NCBI GenBank assembly: GCA_030704615.1
Contig: CM060734.1
Location: 61,442,001-61,506,000 of the forward strand
From: Takakia lepidozioides
Taxonomy: Eukaryota; Plantae; Bryophyta
Reading direction: 5' to 3'
Length of the DNA: 64,000 bases
Shown: piece by piece, positions 28,801 through 43,000 of the stretch
Layout: each line of letters opens with the position of its first letter
Position numbering within the stretch: position 1 is the stretch's first letter
Notes under the pieces: generated by a model
Database searches by the model: none
What the model was told of the DNA's origin: nothing
The model's input: only the letters and a program-made list of their open reading frames with translations
Position numbers and translations under genes: made by a program

Positions 28801-31800
28801 CCTTGGTGTAGACAAATGCATCTATTCTCAGGTGCAGCAGGCTTAGGAATAGCAAGTGAGCATCATGTGTGTTCAAAAGCACTTCGACACCACTTTTAAA
28901 GAGTTTTATTTGGCTTGCTATGCAGTGGGGATGGGAGAGTAGTGTTGGTCGATGGTGCAGCCAAGCAAGAGGCCAATGTTCAAGGACTACTTGCCCCACT
29001 ACCTGCTGTTGATCTTGATCTTGAAAAGGTGAAGACTTCATCATCCTAAGGATCGGAATACCTGGAAGATTCTTTGGCATAAGGTCATAACCATCTAGAT
29101 CAATGATTCTCATTGTCTTCTGATCTGCATAGATGGAGAACAACTGACGTTTGCAGCTGTGATGTGTCCCAGGTCCTTGGGGATATGCCACGGAAAAGGT
29201 ATGAGTTTACACGGAAGCAGGAGTCCAGGGAGCCACTGGATATTCCTCCTGGGGTCACCATACTTGAGGCCCTGAAACGTGTTTTGCACCTGCCTTCTGT
29301 GTGTTCCAAGCGTTTTCTGACAACCAAGGTGAGGGTTCTGGTTTGATGTGCAGACTAGAGATTGCTGTCATTCTTTGGACAGAGAAGTATGTTGATCTCA
29401 ATCAGGATCTCGTGCCAATATCTTTCGTTTTGTTCTGTAGTGTCTCTTCCTGCCTTGCATAGACAGCTGGTGGCGGTTCTAATGTGTGCCTCAGTCATAA
29501 GTCCAAAGCACTCTGAAACAAATGAGTTTGTTCATGTGGTTGGAAATGAGCTAATGCAGTTGGACACGCACTCACTCATGACTTTGGTGAGGGCAGGTCG
29601 ACCGTTGTGTTACAGGACTGGTGGCGCAGCAGCAGACCGTGGGGGCTTTGCAGCTCCCTCTTGCCGATGTGGCTGTGCTTGCCCAGACGCACACAGGCCT
29701 CACTGGTGGTGCATGTGCAATTGGAGAACAGCCTCTCAAGGTGTGAACCTCCCCTGCACATTGGTTTCGGTCATCAGTGCTTTGCTTGGTTTCTTCATGT
29801 CCATCTAGCAGGCTGGGTAAGCTAAACCCTGGTGGGTGAAAACCCCACAAAAGGCTCTGGGAGGGTTAGTTTCCCGCGGGGTCAATGGCCGTAAGGCTAT
29901 GGCAAGCCAACGTTCGCAGGGAACGGCATGAGTACATTCTGAATAAGTGTGGGGGACTACGCGCCTTGCATGTAAAGTTCTTACTTCTGTTGAGTTAAAC
30001 TCTTCCTGGTCTTGCTGATGTTAGTGGCGACAAAATCCAGGGGTTGCTGGATCCAAAGGCAATGGCTAGGCTGGCTTTGGGAGAGGCCCTCACGAATCTT
30101 GTCTGGGCCAAGGTGGGTCTCATGACCCATGTTTGTGTGTAGCTACACTAGTTCTGACATTGTAGCTGTAGATTTCCAGTTCATACAGTTGTCATAGTTG
30201 TGTCATCTTATGCAGATTGTCCATTTGAACAGGCAGCATTTCTTACTCCAAGTAGCTTTGATGCACCTGGAGATTTAGTTCATCTTGGCCATCCCTGTCA
30301 GGAGGGAGGTGTGGAAACTTACAGGTGACAGGAAGGACTGGCTAAAAGGACTGTATCAGTGTTTGATAAACCATTTGCCGAGAATTGCAGGTGACTGCTC
30401 TGAGGGATGTCAAGGCAAGTGGAAATTGGATGTATGCTGCCAAGCTGGATGGTGAAGGAGCTGCCATGTATGACGCTGCAGTGGCTCTACGGGAGGCTAT
30501 GGTGGCACTCGAGATAGCAGTTGATGGGGGCAAGGACAGCCTGTCCATGGCAGCCCAGGCAGGAGGAGAGACAGTGAAGGCCCCTGGAAACCTTGTTATC
30601 AGTGCGTATGTGTCGTGTCCTGACATAACAAAGACGGTCACCCCTGATTTAAAGGTTAGCTAGCTGCCTGGTTGGCCTTGTTAGTCTTTTGGTTCTGGTT
30701 ATTGTCTGTCAGTTAGTCTACGGTCCCATGAAGACACCTAGCATTCCGTCTACTTCATTTAGGTGTGGAAACACTAGGGTGATTGTACTAGCTTTGCTAA
30801 ATCCTAGGCCATATCCTTGCAGTGTAAGTTTTGTTTTACTAAACAGTTGTAGACTTATGGTTGTTGTGATGTGGCATTTCAGCTTGGAGATGCAGGTGTG
30901 CTGCTGCATATAGATCTCGGCAAAGGAAAACGCCGTCTAGGAGGGTCTGCTTTGGCCCAGGTCTATGACCAGGTAATGTGAGATCACCTCAGAGGTGTGG
31001 AGACCATCATACATTAACTGTGTAAAGTTTGGTATAATGTGATTCCCTTCCCTGATCCCTTCTGTGATGCGGCTGTTGTTGATGCAGATAGGTGACTCTT
31101 GTCCTGATCTGGATGATATCGCTTATCTTGGAAAGGTTTTTAACTCTGTTCAGGTCAGAAGTTTCTCTGCCAGATTTAAATCCTTGATGAAATTTATGCA
31201 GATAGTTGCATGTGCTGATGGTGGTAATATTACTTCACTTGGCAGGTTTTCAACTTCATTCAGGACAGAAGTTGTACTCTCAAATTATCATTTTGTTTTT
31301 GGATGTAATTATAGAAAATTGTTTATCTTGTCGAATCTGGTAACTAGATATGAAGTTCGTTTACTTCGTCCCTGTCCCTCATTCGTACATAGCTCAACTG
31401 GGATCCTGTGTTTTGGGAAGTGATGTCTACCATGAGAGGCGAATGGGATCTTGATACGTGCTAGTCTCAGCTATACTGCTCATGCATTTCCTGCAGAATG
31501 CTGTCTTACCTCTTCCTTTCTCAGTGGTTCTAGAGGGACTAGGTTTCTCAATAAAGCTTATCAGAGAAGGGGAACACTCCTGTAGAATTTTCAGATACCA
31601 TTGACACACCAAAAACGTGACAATTCCCACTCAGAATGAGCCACGAGGGCAAAGACCAAGGCTCCCTCACTATTAAGTTTCTGACAAATGCACTTGGTGT
31701 ATTTCAGATGCTACTGGATAAGAATGCAGTGGCCTCTGGACACGACATTAGTGATGGTGGCATCATAGTTACATTGCTAGAGATGGCATTTGCAGGCAAC

Positions 31801-33802
31801 TGTGGCCTCACTGTGGACTTGCCATCTCCATCAAATCACACGACCCACAACTCACCTTTTGCTGCGCTCTTTGCAGAAGAGCTGGGTCTCCTCCTTGAGG
31901 TTCGTATGATGCTGAACTAGTCACCTCTTTAAGACCTAGCAAGACTAGTGTTGGTAATGAATGTGCAATTAGTTGACATTGTAGGTATTACAGGGTCCTG
32001 TAGGGCGTCACTGCTGAGGCCCTCACTGCAGGTTCTGAGGGTTGTCAGTTTGTTTGTGTAAAGTCTCCAGATTTGCTACAGTTGGAGCTTTAGCAGCTGG
32101 GTATATGATAGTTTTAGAAGTAGGCCCATCTTGTGCGAGGTCTACCATTCTGTGTCTCAGTATGTCATTCCTACTGCTCTCCAGCACTTGCATAGAAGGA
32201 GCCTTTGCCCAATGCTGCTGATCTTTAGATGGATGACTTTTGAAGTTATCGACTCAAAATTGTGACCTTTCTGAAGAACCTGAACTACTGTCTGTGTAGG
32301 TTGATCGCAGCAAACAACAGACAGTCATCGCTGAACTGGAATCAGCAGGTGTTGAGTGTAACATGATTGGGCATGTCACAAAAGACCGAAGGATTAGTGT
32401 GGCAGTAGACGGAGAGGTCTATCTAGCCAAACCCACCTGGTACTTACGTGATCTATGGGAAGAGACGAGTTTCTCTTTAGAAAGGCTCCAGCGCCTTGAG
32501 GCATGTGTACAGACCGAACAAGAAGGGCTCAAATCCAGGGAAAGTCCAACCTGGAAACTGACGTTCACGCCAACCAAGACACCTAGTGAATTGCTGATTA
32601 GTTCTTGTAAGCCCAAGGTGGCCATAATAAGGGAAGAAGGGAGCAATGGGGACCGTGAGATGGCAGCCATGGTGCTGGCAGCAGGATTTGAACCATGGGA
32701 CGTGGCCATGTCAGATTTGCTCAAAGGGAGTGCATCTTTGCAAGATTACAAAGGGTTGGTGTTTGTGGGTGGGTTCAGCTACGCTGATGTGTTAGATTCT
32801 GCCAAGGGTTGGGCGGGCACAATTCGCTTTAACCAGTCTCTACTGCAACAGGTGAGGCCAAGGTTGATCTACTCATAGGAAGGAGGAATTGACATGCCCA
32901 TCTCTAAGTGAATTCTTGCTCATAAAGGACTGTAGGGCTTTTTCACAAGGTTCCTTGTTGTTAGATTGGTTGCAGGGGATTCTGGGGGTGGATGCAAGGC
33001 TATATGTCCTCAAGTAATCAACCACAATCATGACTGAGAGGTTTGAGTTGATGGTTCAGAGCCTCTTTGCTGTGTCATGAGACCGAAATTGTGTCCTTCA
33101 GAAGTATTACTTGCAGTTGTGTACAGGATTCAAGCTAGTTGTTCCAGCCAATGGTTCTGATGCATACGCAGGATAGGTAGGAACGTGGCTAGCTTATTAA
33201 TTTTGAACTTGGATGTGCAGTTTGAAAAGTTCTACAATCGACCAGATACGTTCAGTCTGGGGGTGTGCAACGGGTGTCAGCTCATGGCGCTTCTTGGTTG
33301 GGTACCGGGTGCTGATGTTGGAGGAACGCTAGGCTCCGGTGGCGACCAGGCCCAGCCCCGTTTTGTCCACAACGAGTCGGGTCACTTTGAGTGCCGGTTT
33401 TCATCTGTTAGAATTGAAGAGTCACCAGCTCTGATGCTCAAGGGCATGGCAGGCACAACAGTAGGAATTTGGGTGGCTCATGGAGAGGGACGAGCTCTTT
33501 TCCCAGATACTGGAATCCTAGACAAAGTAAATAAACTAAATTTGGCGCCTATTAGGTACTGTGATGACTCAGGTGAGGTAACTGAAACTTACCCGTTCAA
33601 TCCTAATGGGTCACCCCAAGGTATCGCTGCCCTCTGCTCACCAGATGGGCGCCACCTGGCTCTCATGCCACATCCAGAGCGATGTTACCTGATGTGGCAG
33701 TTTCCCTGGTATCCTAGGGAATGGACCCATGTAGATCCTAGAGGTCCCAGCCCTTGGCTTCGCTTGTTTCAGAATGCCCGGGAGTGGTGCAACAAGTCTT
33801 AA
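19816..33802 (+). CDS. PUR4: Phosphoribosylformylglycinamidine (FGAM) synthase, large PurL type, organelle-targeted
   Basis: About 30 exons. Motifs EVGPRLSFTTAWS, AQSNSEHSRHWFF, GFKDNS, TAETHNFP, GGGAASS, HDQGAGG, GGKDSLSM, HDISDGG, GGFSYADVLDSAKGW, GVCNGCQ (glutaminase Cys) and MPHPER; stop at 33800-33802. The 5' exons (ATG 19816 or 19834; optional exon near 20650-20785) are uncertain. Confidence 0.95.
24509..24619. repeat. Intronic tandem duplication (60 bp x about 2); similar duplications at 25882-25927 (21 bp) and 28718-28851 (72 bp)
   Basis: catgtgcaacaagtctattatcca...aatgggactttatggagtg occurs twice. Confidence 0.85.
29865..29940 (+). mobile_element. Short 3' remnant of family A LINE
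   Basis: cgcggggtcaatggccgtaaggctatggcaa...atgagtacattct matches the family A 3' end. Confidence 0.7.
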
Positions 33803-34042
33803 CAAGTGAAACAATTCATCTGATTGATTTCTCTATGTCTTGTCCACCTAGACCTGACAAGCTGCAGAGAAGTGTTTTGCAGAGTATGATGAACCCGAAA
33901 GACTCTGATGTTCTGATTACAAGCTGCAAGAGGAACGCCATCTTGAGTGAATAGCACTTTAAAATAGAGTGTTCAGTGCCAGATTTCATTAAGCTTTGCA
34001 AGACAAAGCACCAATTTTCCCCTGGCTGAACCTTGGTCACTT

Positions 34043-37000
34043 CTAGGCTGTTTGTTTTGTGGTTTCCTGGGAGGATTCTTGCACATCCTTGGAGGCATTC
34101 TCTTCTACATGCATCGCATGAAACTCAGCACGACACTGATCTTCAAATTGCTGGTACTCAATCTCTGCCTGATCATCCCATGTGCATGTCTTGAAAAATT
34201 GCTCCTCCCTCACCTGTCATATAAATCACCATCCCCCCTTTGGCTTAAGTTTAGGAGTGCATGAATGCCAATGTTCACATCTCTCTCTCTCTCTTTCTCT
34301 TCTTTTGGGCCGTTCACACACATCAGATTGAAAGGGCTATCTACAGGATATCTGGAAATCCCGAACTAATTGTCTATACCAAGGTAAGTCACTCTTCAGG
34401 GTTGAGCCCCTCACAAGGGTAGTTTCTGGTCCCTTTTGTTCCATGCAAACTCGGCTGGCCACGAGGCTAAAGCAAACAAAGTCTTATGAGTACATTCTCT
34501 CTCTCTCTCTCTCTCTCTAATCTCTTCATGACTCATTTTTTCTGTTAATGGGATAAATAGAGACATAACATTCACTCAGGCAGATCCTTTGGAATTAGGG
34601 CTCTGGACATTAAGAATGGTTGTGACACCTGTCACGACCAGCTAGAGACCTCCTTTAATTTTGGGGCTCTCTAGAAAATGTCACCACCTCTATCTAGTTT
34701 TGAAAGATCCTAGGTGGTGAGCATGACCTCTTTTCCCCTGCAAACTTCCACACTCCAACAGTGTAGAAAAGCAGTTCACTCTACTTATCTCAAGGAGGGA
34801 AGGCCCAAGGGGGACAAAGAAGATTGTCGACAATGGCCTCTTCCTCAAGGACCAGCCACGTAGAGTGCTGAAGAAACAGGTTTTCTTCACTATCTCTTTT
34901 GCAGTAATCTTGTTGTTACAATGCTGCAATGCTATGCTTGTTGTCTAAACAAAGGACCATCTCCTTTGTCTCTCATGGTGGACATGGAGGACATGGATGA
35001 CAACTAGGTGAGGCCTTATACTTGAGGTTCTATAGGGATCACTAACCTATTGGTTTGTTGGTTGGCTGTGATGGGACTAGGTAAAGCATCACCTTTGCCT
35101 TTAAAGTCAAGACTGGCTGATGATTACTTTCTTCTTCCACACCTTCTAAATGAAGGTTGGCTTCTCAGTAATAGTGCTTGGAAGACTCTTCAAAAACTAT
35201 GGCTGTTCTAAGGTATGAACAGCCAGTTCCTTTGGCATTTGCTGGAAAGTATTCTGGTTTGATAATCCTCTCAATTAAGAACTTCACTATGTGTTCAGGG
35301 AAGAACGACATGGTCATCTATTCACCTAATGTGAGCTTACTCTCTGTAAGCTCTATGAGCTTTCCGCGGTCGTTATAAGGCACCATTTCATTTCTCTTGA
35401 GGGAAGGGAGAGGAGAGGAGAGGGATTGGGGTGAAGAAGGGCTAAGAACGCAAGCAGCAATGAGGGGTGAGTAGGACGGCAAGACAGAGGTGTGAGGAAG
35501 TTGCTTGAGGAAGTGAGCCAATCGATTCTGTAATTAGTGCCTGCATTAGTTAGTTCACGTTGGATGCACTAATACAAGTGGGGTTGTTTTCCCTCTCTCC
35601 CCCCACCCACATTTCACACTGAAGCTGGTACTGGATGTCTGAACCTTGTTGTCTTCCTTCAGGGCAGTCCGTCTTGCAATCTCAACACCTCGTCCTTGTG
35701 CTCTGCTTTCAACATCCGAAACCCAAGCTCGTTGTCTCATGAAGAAATTCTTCATGGCTGGTTTCTGCAGATCTCACCACATGCAAAGCAAAATTCTGCA
35801 TAAATTCACTCGTTGACTGACGCTCGCTAGCACTGGACCGACTACCAATTGGAATGCGGGAGAAAAATGGGCACGGAGGATGGTGGGTAGCGAACTGATT
35901 ACTACATATGAAGTTTCTATTACCCCCGCTTCTCTAGTAGTTCCACGTTCTGTTTTTTGTCCTACTACTTCCCTTGGGTCCTGTGGGTTTTTTTTCGCTA
36001 TCATATGTGTCTGTCCCTCCAGTTTTGGTTAGAGAACAAACTTCTTTGTAGGACACTCGACGAAGACTCCTTGGGATCTCCATAATGTGCAGGATTCCTT
36101 GTATGTCGCCCACTGCTAAGAACTGGGGTGCTGCAAATCACAGAACATAACCTATGTTCTCAGTTAACATCAAATTTTCCACTGGCTTACTGTGAGTGAT
36201 TATCAAGTTGCTTTCTATTGAATCTAGCAGCAAGCTGAGTATTAAATGTAAGTCCCATCGCAGGACAGTTCTGTCCACATGATGAAAGGATTTAAGTTAT
36301 TTCGCATTTTGCAATTGGCTCTCCTGAGCGAATAGAACTCAAGCCATGAGAGATACTCAGACTTGACTGCTACGAAAATTGGTGAGGTTCATACCACTGT
36401 AAGACAACAAGATATCTCAGTCAGGTCTTGATCAACTATTGAAATCCTAATGAGGACATACAGATGCTTTCATTTCCATTTTCCTTGATAGAGGAATATG
36501 AGTTCGTAGTTAGTATGGGAATAAGAGTGCTGGGAATCCTGTACTTTGCAGTTTCCAAAAATCCATGGATGTGAGCTGGCAGGAGCTAACAGTTGCCGTC
36601 ATGGAAGGTTGGTGACTGTGGTCCAGCAAATCCCACACTTCGATAGTCCCATCGATCAGCCCAATGTAGATAACAGCTGGCCGAGTTGGGCTCCAGCAGC
36701 CTGTGGTTAAGTAGCCCTCTGAAGATCTTGAAACATACACCGGTTTCTGCATAAAGATAACTGAATTCTTAATATTCTTCCGTAGAGGTGGTAGGTACAA
36801 CGCTCAGGCGCTAACTGAGTAGTGGGAATGGACTTGGATTTGACTCCAGGCTGCCTCCAAGCAGGCTTCTCTTGAGCAGTGTGTGTGCAGGGCTCACTGG
36901 CGAGTGAATTCAATAAAAAAACGGACAAGAAAGAATCCTAACCCCGTCCGCGGGAGGTACACTAGGTACTTCAGCACGAAAGCAGAATCTCTTGAAGATG

Positions 37001-40000
37001 AGTACTACCATATCAAATTGCACAAAACAACGTGTCGGCCGTTACCTTGTAGATTCATCTTTTATGGAGGCTTAGTTTACCTCGTTATGAAGTGGCACAA
37101 AAATGACAAGTTGTTGTGGCCAAAAGAGAACATTGCTCACCTCAATGCCATCCGTCCAGAGGGCAAACGTCCATATACCAACGGACAAGAGCACATTGTC
37201 AAAAAAGGGTGAACGGAGCAGCGCCCGCACGGGTCCCTGGTGGATTGCGGTTATGGCCCTTACATTTGCCGATCCACTGGGTATGTTCACATCCACCTCG
37301 GTGACCTCCCCAAACTGCACAGCAACAGCACCTCTGTTTGCTGGGGTGATTAGTGCATGGGAGCCAAATCACAGTGCCTTCCCAAGAAATTCTCTCCTTT
37401 CCTCTCCTCTCGTCTCTCCTCCCTTTGTCTAAGTTACATGTGGTTTGTCGCATACCATTATTCTTCTGGGTTACTTGTAATTGAATACTCGTTTTAAAGT
37501 CAAAGCTTACTTGATCAACATACAATAACTGACCTCAGTGCTACAGTAGTAGATGGTGTCAGTGAAGCCACGAGCCATCTTGAGAGGACCCACTTGCCTT
37601 GCAGGATTGTCAGATTTCACCTCGATTTTGTAGAGAGGTTCCCAGCTATACTTTTCCTCTTCAAGTGCTGAATGTTTTCTTTCATCTGACCAGCTTGGGT
37701 CTAGCTCTAGCCCACTCTTTTTGGTAATGTCCCAGAATATCACCTGCAGGTTCACATAGCAACAGTCTACAGCTGTTAATCAGACTAACAATGGTGGGAC
37801 TTGGAGGAACATCAGCGCGATAGATCATACCTTCAATGGTCACAGAACCAGTTTTCAGAGCACCTATGGTAGGCCTAATTGTCAATCATAGAGTGAGTCA
37901 GATCTTTCCAGTGTTTCTGGATCCCAGTTCAGGAGAGAAACAAAACTGGCATCTCACTATTCTTTACTCACTCTAGACATTTCCAGACCAAATGTTTGCA
38001 CATGAAAAAAGCTTATGAAAGGGAAGACAATGGGTACCTACTAACACGCAGGGCAGGTTCGTGCCAAAGCACTTGGCACTATGGTCTGCAGTTGTGAGTC
38101 AACCCAGTGGATACTCACATCAACAGGAACCATGCAGGACCACGGAGTAGTGAGTATAGGACCACGGAGCAGAGACAAAGAGAAAGAGAAGAGGTCCCTT
38201 GCAGGTCATAGCCAGAAATTGGTTAACCTGGGGTCAGAACTGAGCTAATCTAGTTTCTCAAGGAGTGTCCTCCTCTCTGAATAATCAGCCAATAGCCAAT
38301 ACAACGGTTAATTTCCCACTAATTACCCCCATACAATAGCCACCTGCTATTTCCCCCCTTACAATAGCAAATTCTCCTGCTACAATAGCCTTGCCCATGG
38401 CAGCATAGAATGAGTGATCTCCAAGTGCTAGTTATTAACTCTCCATCCTAGAACAGGGGCTTCCTTTTGACGTGAAAGATGATAATACCCATTTGCTTAG
38501 ATACAACTCCGAGCTCTCCTTCAAATCGGATCTTTGCAGGGGAGGAGATTTGTTGACCTCTCTAAATGTTTGCACATGTTTGATGTATCGTGTGAAGTAG
38601 GGTGTCAAGTCTTACTGTTCCATCAGCAGAAGCAGAAGCAATAAGGTTGGTCTCGCCGTTATTGGCGACTCCTGGGGCATTCAGCTGCGACACAACAACA
38701 TGCCATGCATTAGTGTACTGCTGAACCCAATGCAAATTGCCATGAAACGAAAACCTTCTGGAAGTGGCCATGTGGCAAACAACCTTTGTATGAATCTCGT
38801 ATGCATTTTTCGTGGGCTTAGTCTTCGCCAAAGCAGGAACCCAAGCCATGGAGAGCTCATACCTGGAAGTCTTTGGGGAGCCAGTGAATGTCAGAGACAA
38901 TGGTACTGTGTGAGCTATTGGCAACGCTCAACAGTGCAAACAGCACCACAGGTGTCATAAACACGTTCTTCTTCTCCTTTCCATCCTTCTCATCCTCAGC
39001 CTCTCTCCTCTCTTTCCTCTCCTGCTGCTCTTGTGCTGCACTGATGTCCCACACCGCAACCTACATGAAAATACTCAAAATTGGCCTCGATGATCATTCC
39101 ACAACATAGACCGGAGAGCCCCAGTATCTCATGTCCCATACGGGAGGATCTCTGTGCCTTACGGAATGTATAACAGCCTATTCACCATCCTCAACTCGTA
39201 AAATTTTGAGGTCTATGACACCAACAGATGTGGAAGGGCACCCATATATAACGGTTTCTCTCCTCCTTTGAAGCGTTGTGAGGATTTACCAGGAGAGGTG
39301 CGTACAAAAATCTCTACGTTCAGAAAACATACAAGGCGAAAAGGTTACAATTGATCCACAAGTCACATGGTAACCAGGACTCCAGAATTTAGTATAGCAC
39401 ATAAGATGAGAAAAGTTGGACAGTTCGTACCTGGCCATTGTAGCAACCACCTGCAATCAGTGTTGGTTTGACAGGGTTGAATCGAAGACTGAAGATGTCT
39501 GATGAGCTCTCTAACACCATCTGCACATGGATTAACAAAAGACTTTCTGAGAAAAAGAGCACAAAGCATGCTTGAAGAGGCGTCACAGTTACCAAGCTCG
39601 TCTTACGTCGAGAGAAAGAGATGCAGACTTTGATTGATTTTACCTTGTGACATAGGCCCTGTATGTCCACAGGAGTCCAACGAGAAAGAAATAAAATGAA
39701 ATGATACTTCAGAACGTCCACGGAAGCTCAAAGAGCTTATGGGACAAAAGCGAAAGCAAGAAAGAAGAGACCAAACCGCAGGCAAATGCAGCCCAAAAGC
39801 AACTACTGCTCAAGGGATTGCCTAAGGATCAAGGCCTCATGCAGATAAGCTGCGATGCATTTCTGATCCTCATAGTGGAAGACTTCAGTGAAAGATTGGG
39901 TTCCACGGAATAGACAGGGGAATCTCACACGGATCTCATAGTATAGAGGGCAATAAAAGAAGTGTTCTTCAGTTTCAATTTCCCGGTTGCGCCCGGTGCA

Positions 40001-43000
40001 TGCTGGGCAGGGGCAATCCTCCCATTGCAGGTTATCCCATCTACCAGTCTCTATCTGTAGATTGTGGGAGCCCCCCATGAACCGCCCCAATGCCCTGAGG
40101 AGGGAGGGAGATAAATTGGAAAGAAGAAAGACCTATCTGCCATGTTAAGTAAAGGCAGAAGCCTAGATAACTGCATTGTACCCAAGCATTGGACTGAGAC
40201 GAGCTTATGAGACAACCAATGAAAGAGAAGTTTGTGTAAGTGCAGGTGATAATACCCAAGGGTGAATTGGATCCTGGAAGCTCCACATCAAAACATGAGA
40301 ACTGCAGGGCCTTCCTGCCAGCTGCATTCGTTCATCAAATGAACTTGAAGCAGAGACAGCTGCTGCCACAATCCCACGCCGTCCTGGCATCCAATCAATG
40401 GCAGATACCATCTTATTCTTGCCATAATTGAGGTCCATAAAAGACTGGTACTCCTGCAATATTACACAAAGCAGTCTTGTGGAAATGTCCTGACCAACAT
40501 CTAAATCTCTAAAACAGATTTCCCAGTTCAGGAGGCTGAAGCGCAACCAGTGCAGACCCAATTGGACATTTGCTGTTCTGAAGGAACCCCTTCAAAAAAT
40601 TAGTTCAACTTCTAAAACTAGATGCATTGAGAACTCAATTTAAGACTGGAACTGAAGATACAAGACCTTTAAAAGGATCAAACTTTCATCATATCCGGCT
40701 GTACACACAATGCAACATTCTATTTCTCCACATAAACATGGAAGATAGAGAATTTACAAACAGGATTCATCATGTGCCAAAGGTTATGAGATTTGGCTGT
40801 CAGATAGCACAAGTCCAGCAGTCCCATGCAATCATCCACCTCAGTGAGGAATGTGGAAGTCTAATCAAAGGGGACTAGCTACCAACAGGAGTTGGTGGAT
40901 CGGACACAGATGCAGGTCATAAAGTTGAGGAAGATGCTAAAAGAAGGTTTGACCATTACAGATACGGAGGTGATGGCCCGGTCCCCATGTTGATAATCTT
41001 CCTCCACAAAACTTGAAAATTCATCCTCAAATACGTCCATTATCTCATTCTGTTGCAGTGCATCGACATATCTGTCCATGCACACATTTGCTTGGTAAGA
41101 CTCAGCACATTCATTCGAAGTATCAACATCTTAGAATGCATGTTTGACAACACATTTTTATCAAGTGGTCAAGTCTGGAGACGTCTTCTCAAGCTACATG
41201 GGTGAAAACAGAGCTAGTGGGAGGTCAGGTTCCAGATATTTTTTTATCATTACCACCTAAGAGCACCAAAATGAGCTTCACTTTGTGGGTTTAAACATAG
41301 GTGAACTTCACAATTAGGCAGTTCTCCATATTAGGAGGAGGTTACCATTGCCTTCACATTTTGTCATTTAGTTCAAACCCCTCATTGCCATATTCTGTAT
41401 CCAACTCAATATTTGATCTGTGTACTATCTGTTTTAAAGGGAGAAACATAGTCCAAACAGTTTCGCTAAAGTTGAGATTTTATAATCCTTTAAGGAGATA
41501 ACTCTTCAAACCCAATTATAGTTGTAACCCCTTCATAGTTGATCCATAGCATGGCAGTTTCCCGTCTCAAAATTGAAGCTTGTCATTATTAGTGGTGAAG
41601 CTTGTATAGTGGTGAAGCTTGTCATTATTAGCAGGGGAACAAAATTCAATCTAGGTGGAGATACTTGCAATGGTTTGGCAGACTTCAGAAAGGAACCCAT
41701 TTGGTCACTGCTCAGAACTGCTCTTGCCTCAGGGATGTCCATACCACGAGGCCTATATTGCACTTGGTTGTTCCTATGCACCTTCCTGCAAGTAGAGAAA
41801 TAGAATGAAGTGCACATCATCAGGTAGAATTGATAGAACAGGAAAAAGAAGGTGCACACATCGAAGTTGGAAGTACATAGAGTGGGGCTAGGGATGCACT
41901 AGCAATTTACTGGACAGTCTGGGAACCCCTGTCTTCGGTGATTGGGATGGCCTGGACTGCTGTGTCTTGCTCAAGAATGAATTTATCAAACGAGGGGTCC
42001 TTGAAAGGCCGACATTCCATCTGGCTGCTGCTCCATGTTTCCTGCCAGAACACTTCTTGCAACATTCGTTAAGTCATTAGAAAACCATGAATAACCAACC
42101 ATCCTTCACTCAATTTCTCTTGGACATCCCCTAGTCAGCTTGAGTACTTCTTGACTTCAATTCTATCAGGTAATACACGAGGATTCCCAACAAGAAATGC
42201 AGAGAAATGAAATGAAATGAAATGGTGCTTTATAACGTCCGCGGAAAGCTCGTAGAGCTTATGGGACAAAATGGAAGAAAACATGAGAGAGGAACAAATC
42301 CAGAAACCACAATTAATGTTCTAGCGATTGTCTAAGGGTGAAGGCCTCGTGTAGGTAGGCTGCCAAGCATTTTTGATCCTCATAGTGAAAGACATCAGTG
42401 AGAGTTTGGGTTCCACTGAATAAACAGTGGAATCTCCCACAGATCTCGTAGTATAGAGGGCAGTAGAAGAAGAAGTGTTCTTCAGTTTCAATTTCCTTGC
42501 TGCGCCCTATGCAAGCTGGACATAGGCGGTCCTCCCGTTGCAGGTTTTCCCATCTGCCAGTCTCTATCCGTAGGTTGTGGGAACCCACCCTGAATGTAAA
42601 TGACTGTAATGGTTCCAAATTCTTTTCCCACCAGGAGACAGGGACACCAGGTGCCCAGAACTCACAACCATAGATGGTAGCAGGGCTGACGACAGTGTCA
42701 AAGAGAAATGTGATGTTCAAGCAAGTAAAATCTTTATAATAAATGTATGTATATATATGCATGACTCACTTGAACAATTATTCCAAGACTGTATGGGGTG
42801 TATATAATCACTCAGAATGCTACAAACTCTATGATGTCACCTGCTTAGCTGTGGTATACAACCTGCATGTGGTATGCCTGAGTGAACATGGATACTCTCA
42901 AATTCTTCCAACACATGGTAATCCCTAAACCACAAAATGTTGGAGTGGCGAGTACATGTCAATCAGATTGCATAGGTTTGAATCTTGTATCTACCAGGGC

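Noticed and set aside
28502-29191. 229-aa antisense ORF inside PUR4
   Set aside because: It lies antisense to exons and an intronic duplication and has no recognisable domain.
34620-35520. LTR retrotransposon gag/protease relic in the last DNAI3 intron
   Set aside because: Only vague knuckle-like words; no paired LTRs, PBS or convincing motif could be established by eye.
42945-42996. tRNA-like 3' end (GGTTTGAATCTTG...ACCA)
   Set aside because: It abuts the splice donor of a minus-strand DNAI3 exon and has no D-arm or acceptor pairing.
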